From assembly GCA_003971905.1 (NCBI GenBank), contig RSEE01000107.1:1-64000 (forward strand): DNA of 64,000 nucleotides. Reading direction: 5' to 3'. This stretch comes from Moniliella sp. 'wahieum'. Lineage: Eukaryota. Position 1 is the first letter of the stretch; each line of letters begins with the position of its first letter. A program made the translations under genes and the position numbers. Of this stretch, positions 39,601 through 52,798 are shown piece by piece. Below the pieces are notes generated by a model. That model saw nothing but the letters and a program-made list of their open reading frames with translations, searched no databases and was not told the DNA's origin.

Positions 39601-41637
39601 GTGCCGCTGTGCTGTGCTTACTAGCCTTACTACTCTCGGCTTTTGAGATCAGCCAGTGCTCCGTCGCGTGCACGGGAGCTACCTTCAGCTGAGTGGTATT
39701 GCAACCGACCACAGCCTGGCCGCTTGCCTATATTGTTGCATGGCTCGCGGGCCTTTGCCTCTGTTTATATAAAGACCCGCCTCTGTCCTAAGAGTACATT
39801 GGAGGCAAAAGCGACCAATCGGCTTGTTCTAAGTCCTCATCGATCATCCCTAACAAAAAACTGTTCGACGTCCTCCCTCAGCACCGCCTTCGCTAGGGAT
39901 AGCACAAGGAGAACTACCTCAATTGTGCAAGGCAGAGGGAGCAGGGACAGCGACTCTTTGGTACGACAAGCTCGCGCTTCGTGCCTACGCCAGGTCCCCT
40001 TTGCTGAAGGAGGAGTGGAATGGAGGATGTGGTTCTGAGGAGAGGTACAGGAGGCTATGAGAAGGGTAGGGCCTTATATAGACGAGAGTACCGCGGAGCT
40101 GAGGAAGCTTCCGGGCGGATAAGAGGGGTGATGACTATCACGCAGGATGGCGTGATTGGGGCATCGCCCCAACACCCTTGACCGACGAGCCAGAGTGTTC
40201 GATTCCTCTCGGCCTCCGTCAGGTGAGGTTGTCATCGCCAGGGAGGCCACACCATTACACCGTTACACATATGTGGCCAAGGGCGACAGGTAGCAATGCC
40301 TTATCGGCATATTGGGCACCACAGCTCTCGCCTTAGATACTCAGAACATCGCTATATAGCAGTCGTATCATTTACAGAGGTTTTAGCTTACAACTAGTAA
40401 CTACACAATATCGGGTTGATATTACCGAAGATGCGCATAGCAGCTTGTCGAACTGCATTGGGATGTGGCATGTGATATGTGGCACAAGTGTCATGCATGT
40501 CACATCAGGAAAAGAGCCGTTCCCTTCATGCATCGTGCGTCAAAAGCGTGCCACCGCGTCATCAATGATTCAGAACCGTCAGAGATTTCAGACACGTCAG
40601 ATCGTTAGACGTCAGCGCGTCAGTGCGTCAGATCTCCAATCCATTAACAGATTTCTGAAGTACGCAACAGCAATATTCAGGCCTCAGGGGCCTCAGGGGC
40701 CTCTCAGGGGCCTCAGGCTTCAATTAATTTAAGCACCAGTTAGGCCACTTGGTAAGGACACCATGCATCAGACATCATGCATCATGGAGATCCGAGTTCC
40801 CTCTGTGGAGCAGTGCTCAGTTACTTAACCCTACAGTATGAACCAAAAATGACTGACGGGCCAATGAATAATGGCTAAGCGCTAAGCGCCAACTTAGATG
40901 TGAGGTCCGAGGCTCCCTGAGGCAGAATAATCATATCGATGATCGAGCTATATGATTGAGGCTTAATGTAACTTGATTCAATCGTCTCTCTGCTTCTTCG
41001 GCTTCGTTTGGGTCATTAATCATTGGTCAGTTACCCTCACAGAGGTCTCGAATGTTGCTCCGCCTTGTTACTCCTGATTTCGAATCGTCTAAAGGGAAAA
41101 GGATACGGGAGGCAGAGAGGGGGTGCAGAGTTGATAGCGAGCAAGGGGCGCAGCCAGCCAGTGGAACTCTTCCCCCGATAAGCGAGCGTTACCGATCAAT
41201 TTGAGGACCATGTGGGGGAACCCTATACTCACTATACCATCTTCTCACACACTGGTGAGACCGAAGACCTCGAAAAAAATTTTGTACATCAGCCAAAAAG
41301 AACTGCAATTGGTACTAAGCCACAATACCGCTTTGGTCACTAGTACTTTGTACTATCTTCGAAGTCAAACATGATACATGCATGGTGCATGACATATAGG
41401 CTTATAGCAGAGTATATACATTGAGCGTAGCCTTCGCCCCACTCTACACCCACAAACTTATTTCTTGATTGCCCGTCAGCGCGTCAGCGCGTCAGTCGAC
41501 ACTACTCAGTGGTGAAGGAATCACATTTTTGTGGGGGCGTCTCCAGGAGGGCTTGTTCAGTTGGTCCAACCCTTTACGCGTTTTTTGAATATGCAGTGGA
41601 AAAGCGCGTGGAACGATGGTGGAACGTGATCAAAATG

Positions 41638-41850
41638 TGTTGAGCTATCGTCAGTTCCTCCTCAGGCCTGGGAGTTCCGCTGTTTTCTCTCTCTGTTTTT
41701 TCTCCTTGTTCCGCAGCTTAAGCCCCTGGTGGCGGACTCTGCTGCTTGATGTTTCTCTGTAGGCGTTGATGGTTACAGTAGTAGTTAGATCACCACTATC
41801 ACCAGTGACTTGCATCACCTCGAGGACCATCAGGACTCCAGGTCTCATCA
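41638..41850. mobile_element. Solo LTR, family A, copy 1
   Basis: TGTTGAG...CTCATCA termini, similar to 46968-47203 and 59041-59271. Flanked by (A)AATG on both sides. Confidence 0.85.
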
Positions 41851-42133
41851 AATGCATCGTCAAAAGCTTCCTCACGCGACGACGGCTTGTTTTTCGATAA
41901 GGTTATGTTCGTCAGCAGGGACACCAATGGCCTGTAACATGTAACAAAGCGATGCTCGATGATGCAGATGATGGGCATGGTCAAACAGGACACTTCTTCC
42001 CCCAAAATTAACCCTGCAGGAAGATTGGGGAGTGATCTGAACATCAAATGTGAACATCAAGCGTACTAACGCGTAAACTATCATGCACACACAAAACATG
42101 AAAAATTGTGATTGACTGACACAGGGGAAACGA

Positions 42134-42905
42134 TGCCATGGGGTTGGCCCTGGTTGGCCCGCCCGGGGGCTCGCCTGGGTTTATGTGGGGTACAATACCT
42201 TCGGAGGCGGTAGGTCGACTCACGGTAGTTTCGGTCTTGGGCTAGTTGGTGGATATGAGCGGAGCTAGGGACGAGGAGAGGCCTTTCGTGGGGCGGCTGA
42301 ACGTGTGGCAAGGCCGAGTATGCACCGGCTTGGGCTGTAGTATCTGAAGGCTGCGTGGCTTAGGGACGGGTAGAGGCAGTGGCGGAAAAACACTGCCAGA
42401 GCTGAGACTGGACAGGGACGGCTATCGAGGTGGCTGGAATGGAGCCCATGCGAGGAGCTGGCACCGGAATCGACGCGGTTGAAGGAAGGCTCGCGCGACT
42501 GGATGGATGGAGAGCTGGAGGACGAGGTCGGAAGAGGAGGTGTGGAAGCTAAGTGGAGAGGAGGCTGCCGGTACTGAATCAATTGGCTGGAAAATGGGCA
42601 GGAGCTGGACAGGATAGACGGGAAGGGACGAGAAAGGACGGGGTAAAGACGAGAGAGGACGAGAAAGGTAGATAGACGAGAGACGAGAATGGAAGATGGG
42701 GAAAATGATTCCCATCAATCAGGGGTACAGGCTGGATCAAAGGGAAAACGGATACAATAATGGGGTGTAGAAAGAAACACACGTCAAAAAAGGGGTTGGT
42801 CGTTGCAGGCGCACCGAGAAAGGAAAAGGAAGCGGTGACGGAGGCGACAGTCGCCGCAAAGATACCGAAAGTCCGATGGCCCTATTTAGGTCATCCGACT
42901 TGGAC
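42134..42905. mobile_element. LTR-like repeat, family B, copy 1 (right boundary uncertain, may extend to about 43172)
   Basis: Colinear similarity to 47612-48340. Shared blocks include GGAGCTAGGGACGAGGAGAGGCCTTT, GTACTGAATCAATTGGCTGGAAA and AAGGGAAAACGGA. Confidence 0.75.
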
Positions 42906-44190
42906 TTGGGCGGGGGGCGACTATGCCGCACGGATGCATCCCCTCGGGCCGCACCGTACCTGATTTAACCAACCATCATCGGTCATCACTCACACTTGGT
43001 TGCACTTCGGAGCGGGCCCTACTGGGTATGTGCATAGCACAGGCAGGATCGGACCATCTCGAATCCAACACGGCCCGTAACACGGGGTGGGGCAGGGGCG
43101 GGGGAAGGAGAAGTTGACAGCATTCCCCGCGAGTGGCACTCACTTCATAACCGTCCATCTCGGGTACTACCACCCCCCACTATGGAACCGGACAGGAGTT
43201 GTATCGACAACATCGCCCGCCTTCCTCTCTTAACCTCTTAAGGCCAACAACAATGAAAGCTCACTTCTTCTCCTTACCGCCTTTTACGTCCTCCCCCCCT
43301 CTCCCTCCCCGTGAAGGCAACATGCTTGCCTTGACGAGCATTAAATAGTAAGTCCTACTTAGTCACACAAATGGCCAAAGGGCAGTCTCGTCCCTGTTCT
43401 AGATCTTCCTCGACCCCTTCGTGTCTCTCTCCCTCTTATCACGCGCACGTCTCGTTTACCGTGTGATTGCTTCTCCTTTTCCTTTGGTATATATTACAGG
43501 CACCATTCCATGGAGCCTGAATGAATACCATCGGCATGATTCAAAGCAATCTCTTTCCTACATCAGCACATATTTTCCAGACTCTCTACGGTCGATGAAC
43601 TTGTACCAAATCTACAGCGCTGGCACTGGGTAGAGTGCCTGCTGTATGTTATTGCCCGCTCAGCTGAACCTCCGATGCTATCTCATGGTTGCGCCCCTAT
43701 CTGCATGATGAGAGGGACATAGAGGAAGTAGTGCCAGAATCCGCCAATGCTCTGAGTCAATCCTGCCATGTTTGGGTATATCAGGGCTTGTTACCGCTAT
43801 AATCCCTTCAAACTTGCTCTTCCCTTCCCCCATTGGCCTTTCCCTTGAGTTTGGCCATCGATGAGCCCAACGTGTCCATTTCGATGTGGCCTTTAGCCAA
43901 CACATAGAGGGTCCAGCAACTGCGCCAGCCCGGTGGACAACCCACACAAACGGGAGACCAAGAGCAGAAGGAAAGGCACTACACATGAGTGCATACGGCG
44001 TACACAACGATGATGGTCCACATGACGTGGTGTGGTGTGGCGCGGTCAGGCAGGCGATAGAGAGAACGACGGCTCAAAGGGGCACACAAGAGGAAAATAC
44101 GTGGGGTACAGGGACGAGCAAATGGAGATGCCGCAAGCGGCAGAAACAACAACAACAAAACATGCCTAACACGCATTGCCAAGGGCAGTG

Positions 44191-45734
44191 CTAGGCTTCC
44201 GCAGAAACAAAGGCGGTGGGGTACTTGTTCGCGTCTTCGTCCATCCGACTGACCGGATCCTCCTCGCCCCGTGGCGTGGCCATGGCGGAATCAGATGCAG
44301 GAACAGGATTGGAGGCACTCTCTTCTGCTTGCTCATAGTTCTCTACCCAACCTAGGTAGGACTCAGGCACCAAACCGCGCAGAAGCGCACCCTCCTCACC
44401 AGGCGCGAACTTCTCGACAATCGCCCATCCGCCTTCGAGGGAACCGACCACCAGGATGCGCTCGCCAACGAGGCAACTAAGTTCGTGCCCGCTTTCTGCC
44501 TCGAAGGGGTACATCACTTCGTATTCCCCCAGCGCGAGGGGGCAGTTGGCAGCCTCCTCGGCTGCGGCAATTGCCGCAGCCGCTTCGTTCATGGAGGTGT
44601 GCGGATCGGCGTCGTAATCTTGGTAGGATAACCTCTCGTTTTCGAGCAGTTCCAGCCGCTCGGCTTCAGCTTGCCTAGCCAGCGCTGCGACAAGATCCGG
44701 GTGGGGCTCTCCCACATGCCGCGGATCTTGCGCCGCAAACGCGAAATCACGCACGACCAATTTTTCGTCCTCCTCTTCATTTTCTTCTTCATTCTCTTCT
44801 TCCTTCTCTTCTTCATCGTCCGATTCGGGGGATGGCTGAGCGACGACCGGCACAGGGGCGGCTAAGTTGCTCGCCTGTCGTTCTGTTTTCTCGGGAGGGA
44901 GAGCATCTTCCGCGTCCAAGACAGAAAAGGTGGCAGAGTTGGTAAGGGCGCCTAGGGGATGGGGGGAGGCAGGCGAGGAAACCAAGCGGTGCACCAGCGG
45001 GGGGAAGTGGGTTTGGTGCACACTGTAATGCCGCACCAACTTCTGCGGCGCGACGCGGGGCGGTAGTGCACACACCTCCCACTTCTCCCCAGTGCCCCGC
45101 TTCGCCTCCCTGGTGGACTTGGACCGACCCAACTGCGGGGGCGGGGGGGGAGCCAAGGACGGTTCTTCCTCGGATGAGGACGGAGACCGCTCCCCCTTCT
45201 CGCCGGGGTGGGATGGGGTTAAGGGGGGAACGGCTTCCTTCTTCTGGGCAGCCTGATGTTCGTGTTCGTGTTGGCGTTCATGCACCTGCTTAAGCACCTG
45301 TCCTCGTTCTTTCTCCCGCTCCTTCTGATGGCCATGCTCCAGCTCGGGTACGGGGTTGTGTGCATGGTCAGATGCCTGCGTCTGGGCCTGTTCCTTCTGC
45401 GCCTGTTGTGCCACACGACGTGGCGGGGGGGCGGGAAGAAGGGCCCACGGGGAAGCCTGGTCGGGAGGGGGATGAATCCACCGGAGGGGCTGGGATAGGC
45501 GCGAGCAGCAGCGGCCAAGGCGGCATCGGCATCGGTTAGTGGGACATTGGGTTCGGGTTCAGGTTCGGGTGCGGGTTCGGGCTGATGCTCGGTCTCCGAG
45601 TGGGGTTGGGGTTGGGGTTGGAGGGGGGATTGAGAGCGGGGGTGGGATTGCGGATGGGGATGGCGGGGTGGAGGCGCGGGATCTGAATCCGAATGCCGGG
45701 AAGAAGAAGGGCGGGGATTGGGTGGGGGGGGCAT
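44191..45734 (-). CDS. NBP2: Nbp2/Skb5-like SH3-domain adaptor protein with long disordered N-terminus
   Basis: VVRDFAFAAQDPRHVG (Nbp2-type pre-SH3 motif) is followed by the SH3 YEVMYPFEAESGHELS...GGWAIV...GLVPESYL. Frameshift near 45425; the start is uncertain. Confidence 0.8.
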
Positions 45735-46399
45735 GGCGCGAGACGAAGTGGGGGGGGGGGCGAGGGCGGTGGGGATGGTGGGGATGGTGGGGATGGTAGG
45801 GTTGGTGGGGATGGTAGGGTTGGTGGGGGCGGTGATGGGGGCGATGGCGATGACGGTGACGGTGGCGATGGCGGTGGCGATGGCGGGGGCCAAGGTCGGG
45901 CGGGGCTGCTAGCCGCGGGAAGCAGCTTCGCCGGCGCATGGCCGGCACCCGCTCGCGTGCGTTGGCGCGGCTTACCTCAGCCGCATCGAGGGGGAGCGCG
46001 GACTGCAGGCGGCTGCGGTGCTGAGCCAACCCTAGCGGGCGCGCTGCGGGCAGCACGGGGGCGCTGGCGGGCGGTGGGCGCCCCCTGGCATGGTGCATGG
46101 GTGCATGCGCCGCCGCCACTCGGGCGTGGCTGGCGCCACGGCGGCGGCGTCAGGCGGCGGGGCGAGTGCGGCGCAGAGCGAGCAGACGCAGGCGGCTCGG
46201 CGCCCCAGCGTGAACATTTCACCGCCCCCATTCCTCTCGCGTCACACGTCGCGCCGCCCCCGCACCCGCCTGTCACGGTCCCTGTAGCTAATTAGGTAAA
46301 TCTTCGCACCGCCCTTCGCCGATCCTGCTCTCCTTGCTGCTACCAGTGCATCCGTTGCTTCCCTTGGTGCTTGGCCTCAGACTCGTATCGCCCGACTCT

Positions 46400-46930
46400 T
46401 ACACCGCCTGAGCCACTAAAGCAGATCGGAAATGGCCTTTCCGTACATGGTACAGCTGGCTTGCCAGGTGCAAAAGGACCCAACGGGAGACCCAGCAAAA
46501 CCAACAAACGGGTCGCAAACACACCAAGAGAGGCGCCAGAGGCAAGAGAGCCAACTACAACGCCAAGCGCCGTCTCGCTTGTCCTATTGCATAACCTTCT
46601 TTTCATGCCCAGCGGCAAAACTCAAAGCACGAGGTTCTGTTGATACTGTGTCAGGGAGCTCCGGCCCAATATGCACCTACCGATAGGGATCTACAGCTGA
46701 CGGGCGTCGCTAAGCGCAAATAGGACATGCCAATACGGACACCCCGACCAGTGAGTGACAGCGACAGTCTTCCCTATAAACTAATGTGTCACATCCGGCT
46801 TCAACGTTTGGCTCACAACCTCCACCACAATGCGGTAGGACGCTCCCTCAAGGCTCGAGACGCGTGGGGTCCGGTGCCCCTCGGATCATCATGTGAGTCC
46901 TGTCAAGTAGCAAGCAGAAATTTATTGTGA
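46400..46930 (+). pseudogene. Possible highly decayed non-LTR (LINE) reverse transcriptase fragment
   Basis: PGAKGPNG resembles the KAPGPDG motif. RPVSDSDSLPYKLMCHIRLQRL resembles the RPISL...YK...RL motif. They are in the expected order but degenerate. Confidence 0.4.
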
Positions 46931-46967
46931 GGCCTGAGGGTTGGACTCATGCTTCAGGTAAGGCCTG

Positions 46968-47203
46968 TGTTGAGCCATCACGTGGCTCGTGCTTTGGCCG
47001 TCACTTCAGTTCTTCCCAAGGCCTTGGAGTCCCGTTGTTTTCTCTCTCCTGATTTTCCTTCTCCCGCAGCTTAGCCCCTGGTGACGACTCGCTGCTTGAT
47101 GTCTTCACTCTATACTAAGGCGTTGCTGGTTGGATTAGACCACAACCACCGCCAGTGCGATTGCATCACCCTCGAGGACCATCAGGGCTTCAGCTTCTCA
47201 TCA
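46968..47203. mobile_element. Solo LTR, family A, copy 2
   Basis: TGTTGAG...CTCATCA termini with a perfect 5-bp target-site duplication GCCTG (46963-46967 and 47204-47208). Confidence 0.92.
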
Positions 47204-47611
47204 GCCTGAGGCCTCACCTGAGGGCCATGCCATGGGCCCCATCCCCACAGATGCGGTCACGCCTTTCGCATCCTGACCCCTAAACTGCACCCCGTTACAT
47301 TGAGGTCCTATCCTAGGGCCCGGGGTGCTAACGCTAAATAGACAGAACATAGAGAGCCTAGTTGATCGTTCTAGAATTGAGCTCTTGAGCTATGTAGCCA
47401 GTTAAATCTCTCTGTACGGCGAGGATGGCGTACTTCCCGAACCCACATGCCACTCAAACAATATAGGCAGCCTTGCGCTCTTACGCAAGCCAGGTTGCGG
47501 TCTACACAAACAGTGACAACGAGAGAGAGAAACGTACCAATTCAAGGGCCTTACCTATGTTGTAATATCGGGTTCTATACAGCGCAACGAGACACCCACC
47601 ACACTATAATA

Positions 47612-48340
47612 TGTCACGGGCGGGCCCCGCCAGGGGGCTCACCCAGGTTTGTGGGGTACAATCCCTTAGGAGACGGAAGGCGGAGTTTCAGGCTTCGGCT
47701 ATAGTTGATGGATCCGGAGCTAGGGACGAGGAGAGGCCTTTTGGGGGGTGAAAAGCGGAGACGGATGCACATGTGGCAAGGCTGTGCACGCATCGAAACA
47801 GGCCATAATAGTAAGACGTGTCTAAAGCCTCCTGGCCTTGGGGACGGGCAGAGGCAGCGGAGGACAAGCACTGCTGGAGCAGGGACTAAACAGGCGCGGC
47901 TGTCGACGTGGTTGGTGGAAGGAACCCGCGCGATAAGCTGGTATGGGTATTAATCGACGCGGCTGAAGGAAGGCTCGCGCGCGACTGGGCGAATGGAAAG
48001 CTGGGAGAAGAGGCTGGAAGAGGATGAGGCAGCTAAGTGGATACGAAGTTGTCTGTACTGAATCAATTGGCTGGAAACGGGCAGGAGTTGGACAGGAAAG
48101 GGGGGAAGGGACGAGAATGGAAGGTGGGGAAAAGGATCCCCACCAACCAGGGGAACAGATGCTAGATCAAAAGGGAAAACGGACGCAATAGGGGTGCAGA
48201 GAGGAAGACATGTAAAAAGAGGGTTGATGGTTGCCACAGGCGCAACGGAGAAGGATCATAAAGTGGTGACCGGTGACACGGAGCGAAAGTCGTCGCAAAG
48301 GTACGGGAAATTTGGTGGCCTCAGTTAGGCCAGCCGACTT
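47612..48340 (-). mobile_element. LTR-like repeat, family B, copy 2; probable 3' LTR of the adjacent Gypsy remnant
   Basis: Begins TGTCACG, which is a ...CGTGACA end on the minus strand. Similar to 42134-42905 and abuts a minus-strand integrase fragment. Confidence 0.75.
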
Positions 48341-48361
48341 AGTTGGTGTTGTATTCGTTCA

Positions 48362-50130
48362 TTACCCATTCCAGACCTTTTGGCAGAGGAATATTGAGTC
48401 CCGCTCGTCACACACAGTGCTTTTTCCAGACCCGATTCTAAGCGCTTGACCTCCGCTTCGGCCGGAGCTTTGCCCTGTGGGTGGGTGGTACGGCAAGGAA
48501 TGCTCTAGCTGAACCCCCCGTTGGGCCAAGTATTCTTCGCTGAAGCCATGTGAGTGGAAGACGGCGTCATTGTCCCCAGTCAACACTTCCGGAGGACCGT
48601 GACTTCGGAACCAGCGCGAGTTGAGAAGTCCTATGGTTTGGGGTTGATTTGGTCACGCAGGCGCCCGCTTGAAGGTACCCGGCCGGTGGCCTGGTCCACA
48701 ACGACAAGAGACATCTTTTCGTTGCTTTGGAAGTAGAGCGGTGACGACCCCGTTATCGCTCTGCAGGGTGAGGTTCGGCTCGTTGGCAATCCAGGGCTGC
48801 ATTTGAGGACAGCGTGCGCGAGCACCGTGGCCTCGCGATGAGTCGATGCTGGTAATTTCCCTTCGGCACCCTTCCATGTGCGCGACACCATCATGGCTGG
48901 CCACAGTTTTCCCTCTCTTAAAACAAAGAGAACAGCACCCCATCCTAATTCTGAGGCATCGGATCGGATCCACAGGCGTACACCCGGACGGAGCGTTGTA
49001 AGAGCCACAACTTGTGAGACTGCGTAGCGTATACTTCTTCTCACATCTTCTCCCACTCGCCATTCCACGCTGGTTTTCGTGGGAGTCTTATCTGCCGATG
49101 GCGCATGGCAAGACGCGGCATAGAAGGGATGACTCCAGGCGACAAGGTGGCCTGCCATCCGTGCGATGATAGCAGTGAATTGTATTTAAGGGCGAGTCCA
49201 GCTCATCATATCCCACCTGATTCATTTGAGGAAACCCAAACAATCTTTCAAGGGGGAGCACGGCACCATCTCACGCAGGCTCGTCTTCCCTGTAATGCTC
49301 GTCCATCTCGAAATTCTGATATCCAGCCCCCTCCTGGCGATGAGGGAGCCATAGCCGCAGAACCTTGAGATGCATCTCCAAAATGCAACGGGAACAGTTC
49401 GTGAGCTCATCAAGGAGGTGTTTTTGATACTGATATAGTTCCTCAATGAGAAAACACTGAAGGCTGTGACATATGTGAGCACCCGGCGACGCCGATGTCA
49501 TTCGTGATCTCCATTATATCTATGTACGCACCCCGGCCCTTTTCAATGAGCCCCAGGACATCTTTGGAATTTGTGGTGCCGCTGGTCTCGCTATTGGAAT
49601 CATTGATCCCCCTCCGTATCATGGTCTCCACAGAAATGTTGATGTCCTCCCCGTCCATGATCTTCTCGAACTTCCTGATGTTTTCCCAACCATGATCTCG
49701 CCGAAATCATGGATGTGTTTAACCCATCATTGATCTCCACGAAATCCTTTTTGGATTATTCAGTGTCCAGGCCATGATTTCGCTGAAATGCCTGGTAACC
49801 TCTCGGGCAGTCTGGATATCGCCGAACATGCTGATATCGCTGATACCCCAGGTCCCCTCTGGTTCCCGAGGGAGGGTCGCGGTGAGGGACGTCGTCGGAC
49901 ACCCTGGAATCACTGATATCAGAATGTGGGTCAGTAGTGTTGACATGCGCAGGACCAGGAACGGCCTCTGCAAGGAAGTCGGCCACCATGGACTGGGTGG
50001 GACAATCCTCTTACTGAATTGTTCCGGCCTGCACCCATTCGCGTATTGCCTTGAGCTCAACGTCTCAGTGCTCGCTGCAACCATGCAGTTCTCAGTTGCC
50101 GCCAAGTAAGCCAGAGCAGGCTGATCGTCC
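48362..50130 (-). mobile_element. Decayed Ty3/Gypsy pol remnant (RNase H followed by integrase)
   Basis: RNase H: LWIRSDASELGWGAVL...VSRTWKGAE...LQSDN. Integrase core: LTGDNDAVF...LAQRGVQLEHSLPYHP..GQ. The RNase H then integrase order is Gypsy-type. Many stops and deletions. Confidence 0.85.
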
Positions 50131-52080
50131 ACTTCCAATCGTTATGCTCTTTTTGACTCATCCCAAAGTCCTTTGCGATCCTGAGCAGATGCATTTTGCC
50201 TCACGAAACCCTTCGAGGGCAGCATTGAGCTCAGCCTCGGTAATAGTAGACAGGGTCAGCTTGGTCTGTTTGCAATTTGTCCATGACACAGCAGCATCAG
50301 ACACCTTGAATACGCAGCCTCCGATGCACTTCCGATCCAACTCTTCAGGCGAGGTCTCAGTGTCCGTCCGTCATTGGATCAACTCAATCGGTTGGTGGGT
50401 GTACCCTAGCTTGAGTTGGTGACTGACCAGGTAACGAATAATCCCGTTCACGACTTTCCCATGACCGCTTGGCCTTTGTGACATTAGACTGCCCCACAAA
50501 TCCAGCAGCAAACGGTGTGTTCCTTGGGCCGCATAGTGGATTTCGAACCCACCAGTGACTGGTACTCCACCACAGAGCGCTTGGGATTGGTCCCTTCCTT
50601 TTGCTCCTCGGTCCGCTGCGCACGCAATGCACTGGCCACCAATTTGGTCACAGACAGAAACCGCGGAATCGCCCCAGTCATGCCCTTCTCCACAAGGAGC
50701 GGAGCCCACTGGCAGATTGGTCCCGATCAGCAACACACGATCTTATTCAACATCGAGTCCCGCAATTTGCTCAAACGGACCGAGATCCTCAACCACACAA
50801 AGATGTTGACATCCGTCCTAGGACCGCGCGGACCCTGAGTCACGTTTCATTCCTTCCGAGCTCGCACCAGTCTTCTGGACGAGTCAGTCGCAGAAGCTCC
50901 TTAGTCCAAGACGACGTTCAGTGCTCACATTCTGTGGTAGTAGCGAGGCCGACAAAAGAAATTATACAGTGCACAATGAACACGATGCAACGCGCGTCTT
51001 CACCCCTAACGGCAGCAGCAAAGTTTCTTCAACCCAGCACAACAGGCACACACTGGCTCCGGACCGTCCTTGATGTAGAGGCACTCATCGGCAAGCGAGG
51101 CATGAATAAAGGCCAGCGTGTGCAGCGCTGCCGCCAAGGTTTGTACCAGGCTTGCGCAGAAAAGAACAACCCACACCGAGCCTTCTTCAACTTGGCCACC
51201 TGGCCCGACCCATTGCAGACCCACTGGCAGCCGCACACACAGCTTGCCCAATTTCCCAATGAGAAAGGTACCTTCCACATCTCATCCCGAACGTGGTATG
51301 CTCTCGCTGAGACACAACACAGCCAGCAAGAACCGCAGAGACACACCTGTAGCTAACTAGTCGGATCCACCAACCAGCCCAAACAAGTAAATGTATTGTG
51401 TGGATCCCCCTTTGGACCCCTAAGGGACTCATTGTAACCCTTGAGCGCCCCCATGGGGCCTTCTGGTGTGCCATTACATATAGGGTAGAATCCACATTTG
51501 GACGCTAAACACGCACAAGGCTGAATGTGGCAGGGGGTTTGACAGTTTAAGTCACACAGTCGTATGATAGGACCTATATGGGAGTGATTTTCATGGCAAG
51601 GGCGATACTTTCGCATGCAGCCATGAATGTGACTGTACCAAGCCTTCACAGGCGTAATAACAAAACAACAACAACAAAAGGCAGCGGTGGCAATGGGAAC
51701 GAGCCATGCACTGGTTGCTGTTGCCAAAGACAGAACAATCGTAAGGGAGACTCAAGGGGGGGAACCACGAACTCGACACGGCCCTTGATAACAATGCTCG
51801 ACAAATGACCCCCAATAGTAAAAGATGGGATAATGGGAAGGGGATAACACCTGGCGGATAGAAACACACCATGAACACCACTACGGCATCAGTGGAGATG
51901 GTACACGTCGCGATAATTCGTCGCCGGCTTAACAGTAAGGTCTTTGTGTTACCCCGTCCTGTCAACACGTCGTTGTCCAACCAACGAATTTCCTTGTGAA
52001 GCAGTCGTTGTGGCGACATATTCTTGGGCACATTAGTATTTTGGTCCCCAATGATAATCATGAGAGACACTGGTCTTCAA
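50130..52080 (-). mobile_element. Decayed Ty1/Copia pol remnant (RT followed by terminal RNase H)
   Basis: RT: VAKLKKARCGL..SAQAWY, EYQSLVGS and IIRYL. Copia RNase H: DRKCIGGCVF...AVSW...QTKLTLSTITEAELNAA. The upstream boundary is approximate. Confidence 0.85.
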
Positions 52081-52489
52081 TCGGCTTATCGCCATCCACT
52101 ACCGCACAGTGTACTACTGCGAAATAGAGACAATTTTATCTCCCGAGCATACTCTTGACTATCTCCCGAGCGTACTATTGGCTCTTGGTGCTGACGATAT
52201 ATGGGTAATTGACCGCCTATTTGACTTTGGAGCTACATTAACAATAATGTTCTAGTATCAATTTTCTGTCATTGATAGAAACGGCTTGTGATTCAAGAAA
52301 CTGTCCCCGATTGAAAAAAGCCATGACACCGGCCACATGTTTGCGTTGCCCCCAAAGCACAATGCCTCGTAAGGTGGTCTACGATGAAAGGTAAGTAATG
52401 AGCGTGACACGGATGACATAGCGCCTGTCGCAAAAAAATGCAAACAATACAACAGGATTATTTGCGATCCATTTTCGCCTTGCTTTTAA

Positions 52490-52798
52490 CAACGCGAGGA
52501 TACTACGGAAACAAGACAGCCGGCAAGATAATTGTGCAGTGGACGGATTTGACATGGACTCTCAATGGAGCTGGTTCACCACGTGGATGTCTACTGCGTT
52601 CATCCGTGGCCACACAGCCTTCCTGGGGTACGGGAACGGATGGCGGGCACCAGAATGTCCTGATCACCGGGCGATCACCTTGGTTTCTGAAGCGGGGTTG
52701 GCACTCCCTAAGCAGCACATGCAAGATGGACGGGTCTGTTAAGATTGTGTTTCCTTTGTGCCAGCCTTAAGCTCTGTCAAAGATATCAATGCGGTATA
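52490..52798 (+). pseudogene. 3' part of an unidentified degenerate gene, paralog copy A
   Basis: YYGNKTAGK..W...SQWSWF...MST...RGHTAFLGYGNGWRAPECPD...VPALSSVKDINAV*, aligning with 57004-57306. Confidence 0.7.
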
